Positions 9,984 to 20,897 of a stretch of 64,000 bases of DNA are shown piece after piece (position 1 is the first letter of the stretch; each line of letters opens with the position of its first letter). Source of the stretch: a bacterium (GTDB lineage Bacteria; SAR324; NAC60-12). The DNA lies in NCBI GenBank assembly GCA_965205865.1, contig CBDBHR010000028.1, forward strand, positions 563,656 to 627,655, given 5' to 3'. A model generated the notes under the pieces. That model was not told the origin of the DNA. It worked only from the letters and a program-made list of their open reading frames with translations, and made no database searches. The position numbers and the translations under genes are program-made.

Positions 9984-11942
9984 ATGCCAAGAATCCGACT
10001 TTCTCGAGAAGAGAAAGAGCAAATGGCTGCTCCCCACCTCATGGCAATTGATAGTAAATTGTTCTGCCAGGGAAATCACCACCAGATTTATCGCAAACTG
10101 GGGGCCCACCCCGTCACATTGGAAGGAGTCTCCGGAACGATGTTTGCCGTTTGGGCTCCCAATGCCAAACAGGTGAGCATCGTTGGTTCCTTCAACCACT
10201 GGCACGGTCGCAATCATCCGATGCAAAAGCATGCGGAGGCTGGTATTTGGGAATTGTTTATTCCGGAGGCGCAGACAGGAGATTTGTACAAATATCAAAT
10301 CAAAGCGCCGGATGATCAAATTATCCTCAAATCCGATCCCTTTGGCTTTGCCATGGAGAAGCGACCTTCCACGGCTTCCATCGTGAGCAACTTGGAAGGA
10401 TTTGCCTGGCATGATCAGGCTTGGCTTAACAAGCGTGAATCCCAAGACATTTTAAAGCAACCGATCAATATATACGAAGTTCACCTCGGTTCCTGGAAGC
10501 GCGTCCCGGAAGAGGGGAATCGGTTTTTGACTTACACGGAAGCGGCAGCAGCACTCATCCCCTACGTCAAAGAAATGGGATACACGCACGTCGAATTGTT
10601 GCCTGTTGCCGAACATCCCTTGGACGAATCTTGGGGATATCAAGTGACGGGTTATTATGCCCCAACGTCACGATTCGGAAAACCTCGGGAATTCATGGCT
10701 TTTGTCGACCAATGCCACCAGCAAGGGATTGGCGTAATTCTGGATTGGGTACCCGGGCACTTCCCCAAAGACGAGCATGGACTGGCACGTTTCGATGGCA
10801 CTTTTCTTTATGAGCACATGGACGATCGCCGGGGTGAGCATAAGGAATGGGGAACCTTAACCTTCAACTATGGTCGCCATGAAGTACGAAATTTTCTCAT
10901 CGCCAATGCCGTTTTTTGGTGTGACATGTACCATATCGATGGTATTCGGGTCGACGCTGTGTCGTCAATGCTTTATCTGGATTACAATCGAGAAGCCGGA
11001 CAATGGCTTCCTAACCGTAATGGAGGTAATGAGCATCTCGAGGCAATTGATTTTTTGCGGCAACTCCATAAAGCCCTTTCTCAACGTTTTCCTGGTATAC
11101 TTTCTATTGCAGAAGAGGACACTGCCTGGCCTGGGGTGAGCCATCCGACATACGCAGGAGGTCTGGGGTTCAATCTCAAATGGAACATGGGATGGATGAA
11201 TGACACGTTGCGATATATGGCGTTGGATCCGATTTATCGTAGGTATGAGCACCACCTCTTCACTTTTTCATTGGTTTATGCGTTTTCCGAAAATTATGTT
11301 CTACCGATTTCACACGACGAAGTTGTACACGGAAAACGTTCCTTGTTGGACAAAATGCCTGGAGATTCTTGGCAAAAACGGGCTCATTTTCGGCTTTATT
11401 TGACTTACCAGATGGCCCACCCCGGGAAGAACCTGCTCTTCATGGGATCGGAATTCGGACAATGGCAGGAATGGAAAGTATCCGAAAGCCTGGATTGGCA
11501 CTTGCTGGAAGCTCCGGAGCATCAACATTTGCAGGAATATTGCAAAACCCTCAACTGGTTTTATCGCACACATCCCGCGCTTTTCAGCAATGACTTCCAC
11601 AGTACGGGATTCCAGTGGATCGATTTACATAACAACGAGCAGAGTATCTTCTCGTTTATGCGTAGAGATGGCGCAGACCCAGCAGAAGCACCTTTGATTT
11701 TTGTTTTCAATTTCACCCCAGTGCCCAGAGATCAATACCTGGTGGGTGCCCCACAAGAGGGACGATACTACAAAATTTTGGACAGCGACAGTGAGCAATT
11801 TGGCGGTTCCGGGTACAATCAACAAAAAAAAATATGGGCTGACTCCACACCGTGGCAGGGGCAATCTTGTCGGATTGCGCTGAAGTTGCCTCCGCTGGGA
11901 GCATTGGTACTACAGTGGTTTCAGAAAGGGCAACATCAATAA
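9984..11942 (+). CDS. glgB: 1,4-alpha-glucan branching enzyme GlgB (GH13)
   Basis: 652 aa; N-terminal CBM48-like region, GH13 catalytic motifs (GIGVILDWVPGHF, DGIRVDAV, EDTAWPG). Confidence 0.85.
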   Translation: MPRIRLSREEKEQMAAPHLMAIDSKLFCQGNHHQIYRKLGAHPVTLEGVSGTMFAVWAPNAKQVSIVGSFNHWHGRNHPMQKHAEAGIWELFIPEAQTGDLYKYQIKAPDDQIILKSDPFGFAMEKRPSTASIVSNLEGFAWHDQAWLNKRESQDILKQPINIYEVHLGSWKRVPEEGNRFLTYTEAAAALIPYVKEMGYTHVELLPVAEHPLDESWGYQVTGYYAPTSRFGKPREFMAFVDQCHQQGIGVILDWVPGHFPKDEHGLARFDGTFLYEHMDDRRGEHKEWGTLTFNYGRHEVRNFLIANAVFWCDMYHIDGIRVDAVSSMLYLDYNREAGQWLPNRNGGNEHLEAIDFLRQLHKALSQRFPGILSIAEEDTAWPGVSHPTYAGGLGFNLKWNMGWMNDTLRYMALDPIYRRYEHHLFTFSLVYAFSENYVLPISHDEVVHGKRSLLDKMPGDSWQKRAHFRLYLTYQMAHPGKNLLFMGSEFGQWQEWKVSESLDWHLLEAPEHQHLQEYCKTLNWFYRTHPALFSNDFHSTGFQWIDLHNNEQSIFSFMRRDGADPAEAPLIFVFNFTPVPRDQYLVGAPQEGRYYKILDSDSEQFGGSGYNQQKKIWADSTPWQGQSCRIALKLPPLGALVLQWFQKGQHQ

Positions 11943-11967
11943 GAATGGCGTCCTCAACGATTTCAGA

Positions 11968-12723
11968 ATGATTGTAAGAATGAGAATCAAATTATTTTTT
12001 TCGCTTGTTATACCAATAATATTCTTCATATTTTTGGCAACGCTGTTTGCTCAGACGCAATCCATTGAAATTCCGTATTATATCGGCAACGCCTTTGATC
12101 AACGATCCAAACAACTGCTTTATGTCGAGGAGTTCCAGGAAATTCCCGATGATCAACAAAATCGTTCTGCTCAGGTCATTTATCAAACCCCGGATGGGAA
12201 AATAATTGCGCAAAAAGACCTTCTATTTCACGAAAATCTTTTGATTCCCGAATACCGCTTGGAAGATTTTCGCGATGGTTATCTGGAAGGAGCCTCCATT
12301 TCCGATGATTCTGTCACAGTATACTGGCGTGAAAACCGCGAAGCGCGTTTGATTAAAAAATCTCTCGTGGTTCCCGAACCGGCTGTTGCAGACATGGGGA
12401 TTCACTATTACGTGCAAAAAAATTGGGAACTCTTAGATCAGGGAGAAACGCTATTCTTCAATGCGATCGTTCCGGCAAAACTGGATTATTTCTCGTTTCA
12501 AATAAAAAAAATCAAAGAGGAGAAAAGGGAGCACCAAGATGTCGTCGTATTTGAAATAGAATTGGAAAACGCGTTTTTACGTCTGTTTGTCACTCCCATT
12601 CTTCTCACTTATCATGCCCATACTCGGCAACTATTGATCTTAGAAGGACTTTCCAATATCAATGACAAATACGGCAAGAGCCTGAGGGTTATCATGATGA
12701 TCGATTACGTGAAGGACGAATGA
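11968..12723 (+). CDS. Hypothetical secreted/membrane-anchored protein
   Basis: 251 aa; hydrophobic N-terminal segment; no recognisable domain. Confidence 0.4.
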   Translation: MIVRMRIKLFFSLVIPIIFFIFLATLFAQTQSIEIPYYIGNAFDQRSKQLLYVEEFQEIPDDQQNRSAQVIYQTPDGKIIAQKDLLFHENLLIPEYRLEDFRDGYLEGASISDDSVTVYWRENREARLIKKSLVVPEPAVADMGIHYYVQKNWELLDQGETLFFNAIVPAKLDYFSFQIKKIKEEKREHQDVVVFEIELENAFLRLFVTPILLTYHAHTRQLLILEGLSNINDKYGKSLRVIMMIDYVKDE

Positions 12724-12739
12724 ATCGTTAGCAACTTCA

Positions 12740-14060
12740 ACTCAAAAAAACTTCTCGTTTTTGCAAAGCAAGTCTGAAATTTCTTTACAGGTCCTCAAAT
12801 CCACGTCTGTATTCCCATCAGAATGGTTACCCATTGGTATGCTTTTTTTGATACCCTGTTATCCACGTCGGTATGACTGTCCTTATTAAACTCACCTTTT
12901 CTTTCGATCCTCCTCTTCTTTTTTTAGTTTGTCCTTCCTACGCATTTCATAAAGAAAGAGACGATAGACTGTAAAAATGAAAAGAAAGAGCAAAACCGGG
13001 AAAATCATATCCCTTTCCTGCCGGACCCAAGTGAAAAGCTCCTCCATATATCTCCTTATTTGCGAGTTGGATGCGAATTTCTTTGGTGAACTCTTCGTAA
13101 ATTTTCCTGGAGTTTTTTATATAATGGAAATTTACCAGTTCGATTATTAATTCATAACTTTCAATCACTCAAAAAATATGACTATACCGGACAACAAAAA
13201 CAGTTTGACTTTCCTTAAGCAAATCATCTATGATCCGGGTTGAATTTAGAATGCCTGTTCAAGGGTTTAATTCTAAATTCTTTTTGTAACGCACTGATTG
13301 TGTTTTTTTTAATCCTTAAATATATAAGGAGTATCCATGTATCTAAAAAAATCAAGTAGTTTGCTCCTGGCTGGTTTGATGGGAACCGGCCTTGCTCTGG
13401 CTCATCCGGAGGGAGATATCAACAAAGATCCCGTCTTTGGAGGTGCCATCATCATGTCCGGCAAATCCAATAGCCAAATCAGTTATGATTGCCAAAATCT
13501 CAACAGGTGAGATCGAAGATGATTACTATCAACAACCCCAGAAAGTTGAAGGTGGCAAAGCAGAAGGAAAAGTGCGTGCCGAAAAATTGAGTGCCAAAGA
13601 ACATTCTGAAATTGCACGTAAAGCAGGAAAACTAAATTAAAATAAAGGGGAAAATATGAAAAAACTGGTAATAATATTCTTGATATTCGGAGTCTTTTCC
13701 ATGAATCTAAAAGCAATGGAACATAACCAATTCCACGGTAAGGTAATTGTATTATTCAAAGAACTGATGCAAATGGTAGAAGATGGCGTTTTTGTGAACA
13801 ATCTCAGTTTTGGGGTTGGACAACCAAAGACATGGCTAAATAGAGTAAAAGAACTCAATAAGCAGAGCACAAATCTTAGTTTTGCAGATAAAATGATAAG
13901 TCTCCCTTATGGTTTGGAAAGTCCATCCCTGATATTACCTTCTGAATTAGAAACATTTGTTAATCTGATTGTATCCAGAGATATAGAAAAATTTGATGAA
14001 TTGGCTGCGAAATTCTGGTTGTTTGTCATCTTGTCAGAAAATCCCGAATTAAAAAAAAGT
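12740..14060. other. AT-rich islet (~1.3 kb) with small signal-peptide ORFs; it replaces the 5' end of the adjacent peptide-binding-protein gene
   Basis: Sharp composition shift; small ORFs at 13337-13510 (signal peptide, 57 aa) and 13656-14066; a KLSAKEHSEIARKAGK motif sits in a shifted frame. Confidence 0.4.
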
Positions 14061-14066
14061 CTTTGA
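13656..14066 (+). CDS. Hypothetical small secreted protein (signal peptide)
   Basis: MKKLVIIFLIFGVFSMNLKA... N-terminus; AT-rich. Confidence 0.35.
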   Translation: MKKLVIIFLIFGVFSMNLKAMEHNQFHGKVIVLFKELMQMVEDGVFVNNLSFGVGQPKTWLNRVKELNKQSTNLSFADKMISLPYGLESPSLILPSELETFVNLIVSRDIEKFDELAAKFWLFVILSENPELKKSL

Positions 14067-15646
14067 TTTTTAACGGGCCGCGGGGTACCGGCGAGGAGAG
14101 CTACCCCAACTTCTGGTTCATCAATATCAGAAAACAGATGGGCCAGCTCTTCGAGTCCTGGGAAATCCATGGAATCAACGGCGTGACCTTTCGCATGCGC
14201 CAAGGGGTTCACTACTGGCGCGAGCAGGATGTCTTTCAGCCCAACCCGAATCTGAAAGAGGTGTACGGCACGGAGATGACCGCGCAGGATATCGTCGACC
14301 GTTGGAATTTGGAAGCCGCGAAGCCCGGCACGGCTGCCTCCGACCGAGACTGGAAATGGACGGTGCGGGCAGACGATCCCTGGTTGATTGATATCGAGTA
14401 TCCGGAACCCGATGCGGCCGAGTGGTTTTTCGTGACCCTGGACCGTGTCAGTTTTTCCCCCCCGGAACTGCATCAGACCGAGGGCGTCGATCCGGCCAAA
14501 TGGCAGGATGGCCTGGGCACAGGTCCCTGGATCCCCATCGATCACGTCAACGGAGTGAGTACCACCTTGAAGAAGAATCCGACCTACTGGGATACGGATC
14601 CCTTCAACGGGAGAAAGGTGCCCTATATGGACAAACTGACGCTGGTTCCCACCGCCGACAACAATGCTACGGCTATTGCCTGACTGCGTACCGGCCAGAT
14701 AGACATCTATGGTTTCTTTGGCCTCCAACCGGAAGACACCCAAGCCCTTGCCAAGTCCAATCCCGAACTCGGACACCGACCGCAAGGCGACTTGTTGCGC
14801 GGCTATAATCCGAATCTTGCCATCGAAGGGACTCCATGGGGGGACCGCCGGGTCCGTCATGCGGCAATGATGGCCGTCAATCGCCAGGAAATGATCGATA
14901 GTGTCTATTTAGGCCTCGGTTATGCGGAAGGTTACCCTGCCCAACGGGGACACGGCGATAAATGGATCAGCGCGGAAAAACTCAGGGCAATGGGACGCCC
15001 GGATCTAGCCAAGCTGTATGAGTACCACCCCGAGGAGTCGAAGCGGTTGCTCGCTGAAGCCGGCTACCCCGATGGTTTTGACACGACCATCATGGCACAT
15101 CCGCAAATCCAGGAAGATGCGGAACTCTTTGCCAGCTATCTCAACGCTGTCGGTATTCGTGCTACCCTTGACGTGATGGAAGCCACTGAAATGTATAATA
15201 CCTCGCAGGGTCCTGAACCCGGTCCCAGGTTCACCGGATTGACCTTCATCGATGCGGGCGCGCCGCAGATTGGCTTTGAGGGGACCATGAATTTCCACCA
15301 TGACCCGAATGCGACCCTGGTCTGGTTCGGCAACCCCATGGCACCAACGGCCAGTGCCGAAACCAGGGAAGAGGCGCAGAAAATTTCGGAAATGTGGGAA
15401 AGGCTCAAGGTCACTGAAAATCCGGATGAGTACGAGAAGCTATATACGGAGCTCTACCTTTACGTGATTGAATCCTCCTGGCATATCGTCTCGGTTACTG
15501 TTGAGCAACATATCTGGTGGCAGCCCTGGGTCAAAGGTTACGATGGGGCCAATGGAGACCTGATCTGGCAGTATAACCTCGCTAAGTACTTTTGGCTCGA
15601 CTGTGAGCTGAAAGAGAGCAGCAGTAACAGGGCCTGTGGTGAGTAA
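14063..15646 (+). pseudogene. Peptide/nickel ABC substrate-binding protein (family 5) paralog, 5'-truncated and with an in-frame TGA
   Basis: Aligns to residues ~250-675 of the intact SBP at 42623-44368; the intact copy reads LAALRSGRHDI where this copy reads AIA*LRTGQIDI (TGA at 14681-14683); the N-terminal ~250 codons are missing at the AT-rich islet junction. Confidence 0.6.
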
Positions 15647-15685
15647 AGCAATAATTTAGTTCTATGTTCTTTGAAATGCGTAGAA

Positions 15686-15737
15686 TCAGGGCGGGGTTGC
15701 GGCCCCGCCGCTTATCATCCTCGCGCAAGCGGGGCTC
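15686..15737. terminator. GC hairpin (cagggcggggttgcggccccgcc) fused to a family-B-like palindromic unit
   Basis: Inverted repeat gggcgggg/ccccgcc followed by atcatcctcgcgcaagcggggctcc. Confidence 0.4.
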
Positions 15738-15795
15738 CATATTTATAATATCTCCTCCACAATCCCCACCAAAGTAGTTGCCGGAAGAATAAGAA

Positions 15796-16758
15796 ATGCA
15801 AGCGTATATCATCAGAAGGCTGTTACTGACCATTCCAACCCTCTTGATTGTGACCCTCATCGTCTTCTTTGTGCTGCGCCTCATTCCCGGTGACGCGGTC
15901 GACATCATCGTCAGTCAGAATTTGGGGGGAACCCGGAGTGGTAAAGAGGATATCAAGACGGCATTGAGGCGGCAACTGGGACTGGATTTGCCCGTTCACC
16001 AGCAGTATCTGAAGTGGATGACAGGGTTAATGCGGGGGGACTTCGGCGCTTTCCTCTGGTCCAGGCAACCCGTTACCGATTTAATCGCGATCGGTTTGCC
16101 GGTATCGCTTGAAGTGGGTGGTTTTGCCCTGATTATTTCTCTGCTGATCGCCTTACCTGTGGCTATCTATTCGGGTATGCGGCCGGACAGCAAGACGGAT
16201 CTGGGTTTTCGCAGTCTCTCCATTTTCTTTATCTGCGTACCCGATTTCTGGGTGGGAACGGTGGTCTTGATTTTTCCTCCCCTCTTGTGGGGTTGGGGGA
16301 CCCGTTTGACGTGGGTTGATTTCGTTGATAAACCGGTGGAACACATCATCATGGTCATCGTTCCGGCCTTTATCTTGGGTATGCTTTTGTCAGGAATCAC
16401 CATGCGATTTGCCCGCAACATGATGCTGGAGGTGCTCAGTCAGGACTATATCAGGACCGCCTGGTCGAAGGGCCTGCGGGAGAGATGGGTCATCATCCGG
16501 CATGTGTTGAAGAATGCGTTCATTCCGGTGATTACCATGATCGGGCTCCTTCTCCCTGTCATGCTGGGGTCAGCAGTGGTGGTCGAGACTATTTTCAGCT
16601 TGCCGGGTCTGGGAAATATGTTGGTGCGATCCATCGAACACCGAGATTACCCGGTCATCTCCGGAGTCAACATGGTCGTGGCCACCTTTGTGCTGTTTTT
16701 AAATATCGTCATCGATATCAGCTACGCCTGGTTTGATCCCCGCATCAGGTACACCTGA
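15796..16758 (+). CDS. ABC peptide transporter permease (DppB/OppB-like)
   Basis: 320 aa; paralog of 44482-45438; multi-TM; EAA-like region. Confidence 0.8.
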   Translation: MQAYIIRRLLLTIPTLLIVTLIVFFVLRLIPGDAVDIIVSQNLGGTRSGKEDIKTALRRQLGLDLPVHQQYLKWMTGLMRGDFGAFLWSRQPVTDLIAIGLPVSLEVGGFALIISLLIALPVAIYSGMRPDSKTDLGFRSLSIFFICVPDFWVGTVVLIFPPLLWGWGTRLTWVDFVDKPVEHIIMVIVPAFILGMLLSGITMRFARNMMLEVLSQDYIRTAWSKGLRERWVIIRHVLKNAFIPVITMIGLLLPVMLGSAVVVETIFSLPGLGNMLVRSIEHRDYPVISGVNMVVATFVLFLNIVIDISYAWFDPRIRYT

Positions 16759-16778
16759 AACCGGAGCAAAGGAGAGCG

Positions 16779-17744
16779 ATGGCTGTTGCAGTGAAGACGC
16801 TGGCACCTGAAACGCAATCTGCTAAGAAAATGGCATGGTTTATTTTCTTCCGCAGGTTGTTCAGAGAGAAGCCGCTAGGGGCTTTTGGCCTGGTCATTGT
16901 CCTGCTCTTCTTCTTCATCGGCATCTTCGCTGATTTTCTCACACCGCATGATTACCTGCAGCATAAACTGCCCAAACGGTTGAAGGGGCCTTCTGCCGAA
17001 TATTTCTTGGGGAACGACCACTTCGGGCGCGATGTGCTCAGCCGTCTGATTGTGGGGGCGCGTATTTCCATGGTCGTCGGGGTGGGAGCAAGTTTCCTCA
17101 CGGTGCTGGTGGCGACGGTTTTCGGGCTCATCTCCGGGTATTGGGGGGGTAAGTTTGACCTCATCCTGCAGCGCTTTGTCGATGCGGTGATGTGCTTCCC
17201 GTGGTTGTTCATCGTCCTGACCGTCATGGGCATCGTCGGGCCGGGGATTGCGCAGGTCACCATCGTTTTGGGAGTTCCCTGGGGCATCAACAACATCCGC
17301 ACAATCCGCAGCGTGGTCTTGAGCGTCAAGCAGAACGCCTATGTCGAAGCGGCCATCGCCACCGGATGCAGCACCCCGAGAATCCTGATCCAACACATCC
17401 TGCCCCAGATCGTGGCCCCTGTGATCATTCTCTTTACCATTACCATGGGAGGCGCCATCCTCGGAGAAGGCGTTGTCAGCTTTTTGGGATTTGGTATCCC
17501 TCCCCCCGAACCCAGTTGGGGCGGCATGCTCAGCTTGGAAGGTCAAAAGTATTTGGAACGGGCCCCGATGCTCGCGCTATGGCCGGGACTCTGCCTGGCC
17601 ATCGTCGTCTTTGGGATCAATATGTTTGGCGATGCCATGCGGGACCTGCTCGATCCCAAGCTGAAACTCGGCATGGGCCGCTTTCACTCTATCAAGAAGA
17701 AAAATCCGGATAGCTCCATTCGTGGGCCACGACCGCGCAGGTAG
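16779..17744 (+). CDS. ABC peptide transporter permease (DppC/OppC-like)
   Basis: 321 aa; paralog of 45642-46613. Confidence 0.8.
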   Translation: MAVAVKTLAPETQSAKKMAWFIFFRRLFREKPLGAFGLVIVLLFFFIGIFADFLTPHDYLQHKLPKRLKGPSAEYFLGNDHFGRDVLSRLIVGARISMVVGVGASFLTVLVATVFGLISGYWGGKFDLILQRFVDAVMCFPWLFIVLTVMGIVGPGIAQVTIVLGVPWGINNIRTIRSVVLSVKQNAYVEAAIATGCSTPRILIQHILPQIVAPVIILFTITMGGAILGEGVVSFLGFGIPPPEPSWGGMLSLEGQKYLERAPMLALWPGLCLAIVVFGINMFGDAMRDLLDPKLKLGMGRFHSIKKKNPDSSIRGPRPRR

Positions 17745-18022
17745 ACTAGTTCCAGTCCGGAATGAGAACGGACAAACGCTTCAACTCGGCGACGACCACC
17801 TGCGCTTGGGAGATAGGGGTGTCGCCGACCTGAAGTATCTGCACTCGACCTCGGGAGACCGGGTACTTCTCAGCCCAAGCACCGCCGGGCAGGGCAAATT
17901 TTTGAGGATCATTTGAGTAAACTACTGAGAGTGAAAGCCAGGGCGATACTCACGGAAGCGCTGGAATTGGAGTCCTCAGTATGAGCATTGATCAATTTTA
18001 TTTGAATCTCAAAACGGCGCAT

Positions 18023-18346
18023 TTAAGCACCGGGTTTATCGCTTTGTTGGGCTTGCCGTTGTCTCAGCCATTTCTGTAGTGAAGATTGATTTTCATTTGA
18101 TGCTCTCCCTGCCAACAATCCTGCAATACTAATATCTTCATCGATATCTTCCCAATGAATACCTTCCCCTTTTCCAATCATCCTCCAATGTTGACGTTCT
18201 TCCTCAGTAGAGTGAAAAAGACGGGGGAACCAGGCTAAGGGGACACTGATACTTCTCCCATCACTTAAATCAACATTGAGTTCATCCGATGTTACCTTCA
18301 CCTCTTCAGCATAAGGGATTTCCATTTTAATGATCAAAGTACTCAT
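18023..18346 (-). CDS. DUF2442 domain protein (putative TA partner)
   Basis: ...VDLSDGRSISVPLAWFPRL...GIHWEDIDEDISIAGLL matches DUF2442. Confidence 0.6.
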   Translation of the reverse strand: MSTLIIKMEIPYAEEVKVTSDELNVDLSDGRSISVPLAWFPRLFHSTEEERQHWRMIGKGEGIHWEDIDEDISIAGLLAGRASNENQSSLQKWLRQRQAQQSDKPGA

Positions 18347-18563
18347 GCCATCTCTCCAATATTTCTATTTGATGCTCTCTAACGATTTTCTGGATACGGA
18401 ATATTTCTCTCCGATTAAAACCGCCACTGTTTTGTAATCTTACTGGTTCAAGCCAAAATTTAGCAGTTTTATCATCTCGTTCAACATGTATATGAAGAGG
18501 TTCGACCTCGTCTCCGGAATAAAAGAAAAATCGATAAGGACCAATTCTTAAAACTGTAGGCAT
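18327..18563 (-). CDS. DUF4160 domain protein (putative TA partner)
   Basis: MPTVLRIGPYRFFFYSGDEVEPLHIHVERDDKTAKFWLEPV is the DUF4160 signature; overlaps the DUF2442 gene. Confidence 0.65.
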   Translation of the reverse strand: MPTVLRIGPYRFFFYSGDEVEPLHIHVERDDKTAKFWLEPVRLQNSGGFNRREIFRIQKIVREHQIEILERWHEYFDH

Positions 18564-18962
18564 ATGATTTTTTTCGGATATTTTGTTGCTTTTCGCAGGC
18601 CCAACGTTAAGGTCACTTTTGCCCACCCGATAGTGACCAGTGTCCTAAAGATGAACTGACAGTCTAGAACAAAATTTGGTGAAAAGCGCAAGGGGGGCGT
18701 CCAGTGAACCGCCTAGTTGGCACTTTTTTCTTGAGTGGTTATCAGTCGAATCCCAATAAACGATAACACATTGACCGCAAAGCAAACAATATAAAATGAT
18801 TGGCAATGGGGAGAGAAAGGGAGAGGAGCAATTGGAAGAAAAAATACCTCAATGGAAAAACACGCTGGAGACGTTGGATTCAGGGGAATCTGAGAAAAGA
18901 CATTTGATCGAGTTGCTCGCAATGACTAATCCTGCTTCTCAAATTAAACGGGACCACTGCCC

Positions 18963-18998
18963 TAAAAACCCCCCCCCAAAAAAAAAAACAAAAAAATA
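18963..18998. repeat. Homopolymeric tract (C7, A11 c A7)
   Basis: aaaaacccccccaaaaaaaaaaacaaaaaaa. Confidence 0.5.
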
Positions 18999-19112
18999 AT
19001 CCAAAGTGCATTTTTAGCTTGATTTCATGATAATTCATACTTTGTGCCATAGGATTGCTGGAGAAAGAGATATACTGTGAACGGATGTTTTCTTCATTTT
19101 TTGTCATCCTGA

Positions 19113-19180
19113 GGGAACCGAAAGATCTTCTTGATTCCCATGAGATTCTTGCTTAGGCAGCCCCCTTAGCTCAGAATGAC
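19113..19180. repeat. Family-B-like palindromic element (gtcatcctgaggg...ctcagaatgac)
   Basis: Termini gtcatcc / gaatgac with internal hairpins. Confidence 0.4.
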
Positions 19181-19340
19181 AGGTCTTTGAAAAGTGAAAT
19201 TTAAACCCGTTCAGAGTATAATGTGAAGAATCTCGATGATCTCTCCCAGCAGTCGAGAAAACACATAAAGGTATACAACCTGCTGAAGCAATTACATCGT
19301 GATGAGCGAGAAATCATCACGCCACGCATGTACAAGGCGT

Positions 19341-20283
19341 TTAATCGAAGGCGGCAACGATTTCCTGCTCGATGCGCTGAATTTCCTCGACTCCGCCGGT
19401 GGGGATATTCCCGAACATGATCTCGTCAACTCCCTCGTCGATCAGCTTTCCGATCCGATCCACCACCTGCTGGCGCGTACCGACCATCGTCCCTTCGCCG
19501 AGGCCCTTGGTAAGACGTTCACCTGCTTCTCTTGCCGCCTGATCATCGCCGACCACTATCGGTATGAGGATTGTACGCCTGATCTCGGCCGGGTCACGCC
19601 CGACGTCCTCACAGTGACGTTTCAGCACCTCCACCTTGTGCCGATAGATCTCAAGCGAAACCCCTTGTCCTGCCCAACCGTCCAAATTGAGCACGTCACC
19701 ATACTTGGCAAGTGTGCGCAGCGTGCGTCGCTCGCCGGTGCCGCCTACCAGAATCGGAATGTGTGGCTGCTGATGACTGCCAGGGGAAAGCTGCAACTGA
19801 TCCGCTCTGTAGTAGCGACCACGGAAATCGATCGGACCTTCCGTGGTGAACAGCGTGCGGATCAGCTTACATGCCTCCTCGAATCGATCCGAGCGTTCAC
19901 GCATGGTGGGAAACGTCCAGCCGAAGGCATAATGCTCTCGCTCGCACCATCCGGCGCCCAGCGACAGCGTGAACCGGCCTTTGGATGCCTGATCGAGCGA
20001 GGTGGCCATCTTCGCCAGCAGTGCCGGATTGCGGTAGGTGTTGCCCAACACCAAATGCCCCAGCCTCAGCTTGCTGGTCATTCCGGCCGCCACCGCAATG
20101 AGGGTGTAGCCTTCGAATGCGGGCAGGTGCTCGGTCTTCCGACTTCCCTTCGGCCCGCCCCATGGTGGTAAAAAGTGGTCTGCGAACCAGAGGCTGTGCC
20201 AAGGACCCGCCTCCATAGTTTCAACCGATCGCGCGATATCGTCCCACTTGGTGTTGTAACAGTTAACTTGAATCCCGAATTTC
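19341..20283 (-). CDS. LLM-class flavin/F420-dependent oxidoreductase
   Basis: MKFGIQVNCYNTKWDD... LLM fold; second paralog in the window. Confidence 0.65.
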
Positions 20284-20539
20284 ATGGTATAAATCTCCTT
20301 CCCATTGCTCCAGTAAGAGTTGGTACAAACAAATATGTGCCGCACGTAATCTGTTTTTCAACCTTGTTGATCACCTCGACTGCATATGATTAAAAATAAT
20401 TCACCAAACTATAGCATCCCTAAATCAGGCGTGTCAAGTATTAAAATTAGATCGTTAAAAAAGCAAAAAATCCGCTTTCTAAAAATTCTGATGTCTCAAA
20501 ATTCAATTCCCTTCTTGACACTTTAAAGGGGACTGGTAC

Positions 20540-20874
20540 TCTGGCGTCGTAAGAGGACAAAGCCCCACCCTTGAGATCTCTCGTCAAGGTTCATCCAGCA
20601 ACCGGACGTCGCTCACTTTTTATTGGTCGACATGCCTGCGAAATCCCGGGGGCTCGACCAGGAATCAGCAGATAAACTGTTTAGTGACTTAACTGCGTTT
20701 GCTTGCCAGCCTCCACGAACGTACTCGCATCAATGGCAGCCGGGAGACCTGATTGTTTGGGACAATCGATGTGCGCTCCACAGAGCGCGCCCCTACGACC
20801 GTAGAGAACGGAGAATATTGCTGCGCACACGCGTTGCGGGAGATCCTGTCACCGAATTTGCTGCCACAGCCTGA
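20540..20874 (+). pseudogene. TauD/TfdA-family dioxygenase, C-terminal fragment with a frameshift
   Basis: LVKVHPATGRRSLF... then, in a shifted frame, ...YSHQWQPGDLIVWDNRCALHRA (the W-x-x-GD-x-x-WDN-R-x-x-H motif). Confidence 0.45.
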
Positions 20875-20897
20875 ATATTCCGGTTTAAAAACCATCT

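Noticed and set aside
14681-14683. In-frame TGA in the SBP paralog; considered Sec/Trp/Gly recoding
   Set aside because: Many genes in the window terminate with TGA, and there are no SECIS-like features. The gene is also N-terminally truncated, so this is a nonsense mutation in a pseudogene.
16875-17546. 223-aa minus-strand ORF
   Set aside because: Antisense to the DppC-like permease. Low-complexity, D/R/H-rich.
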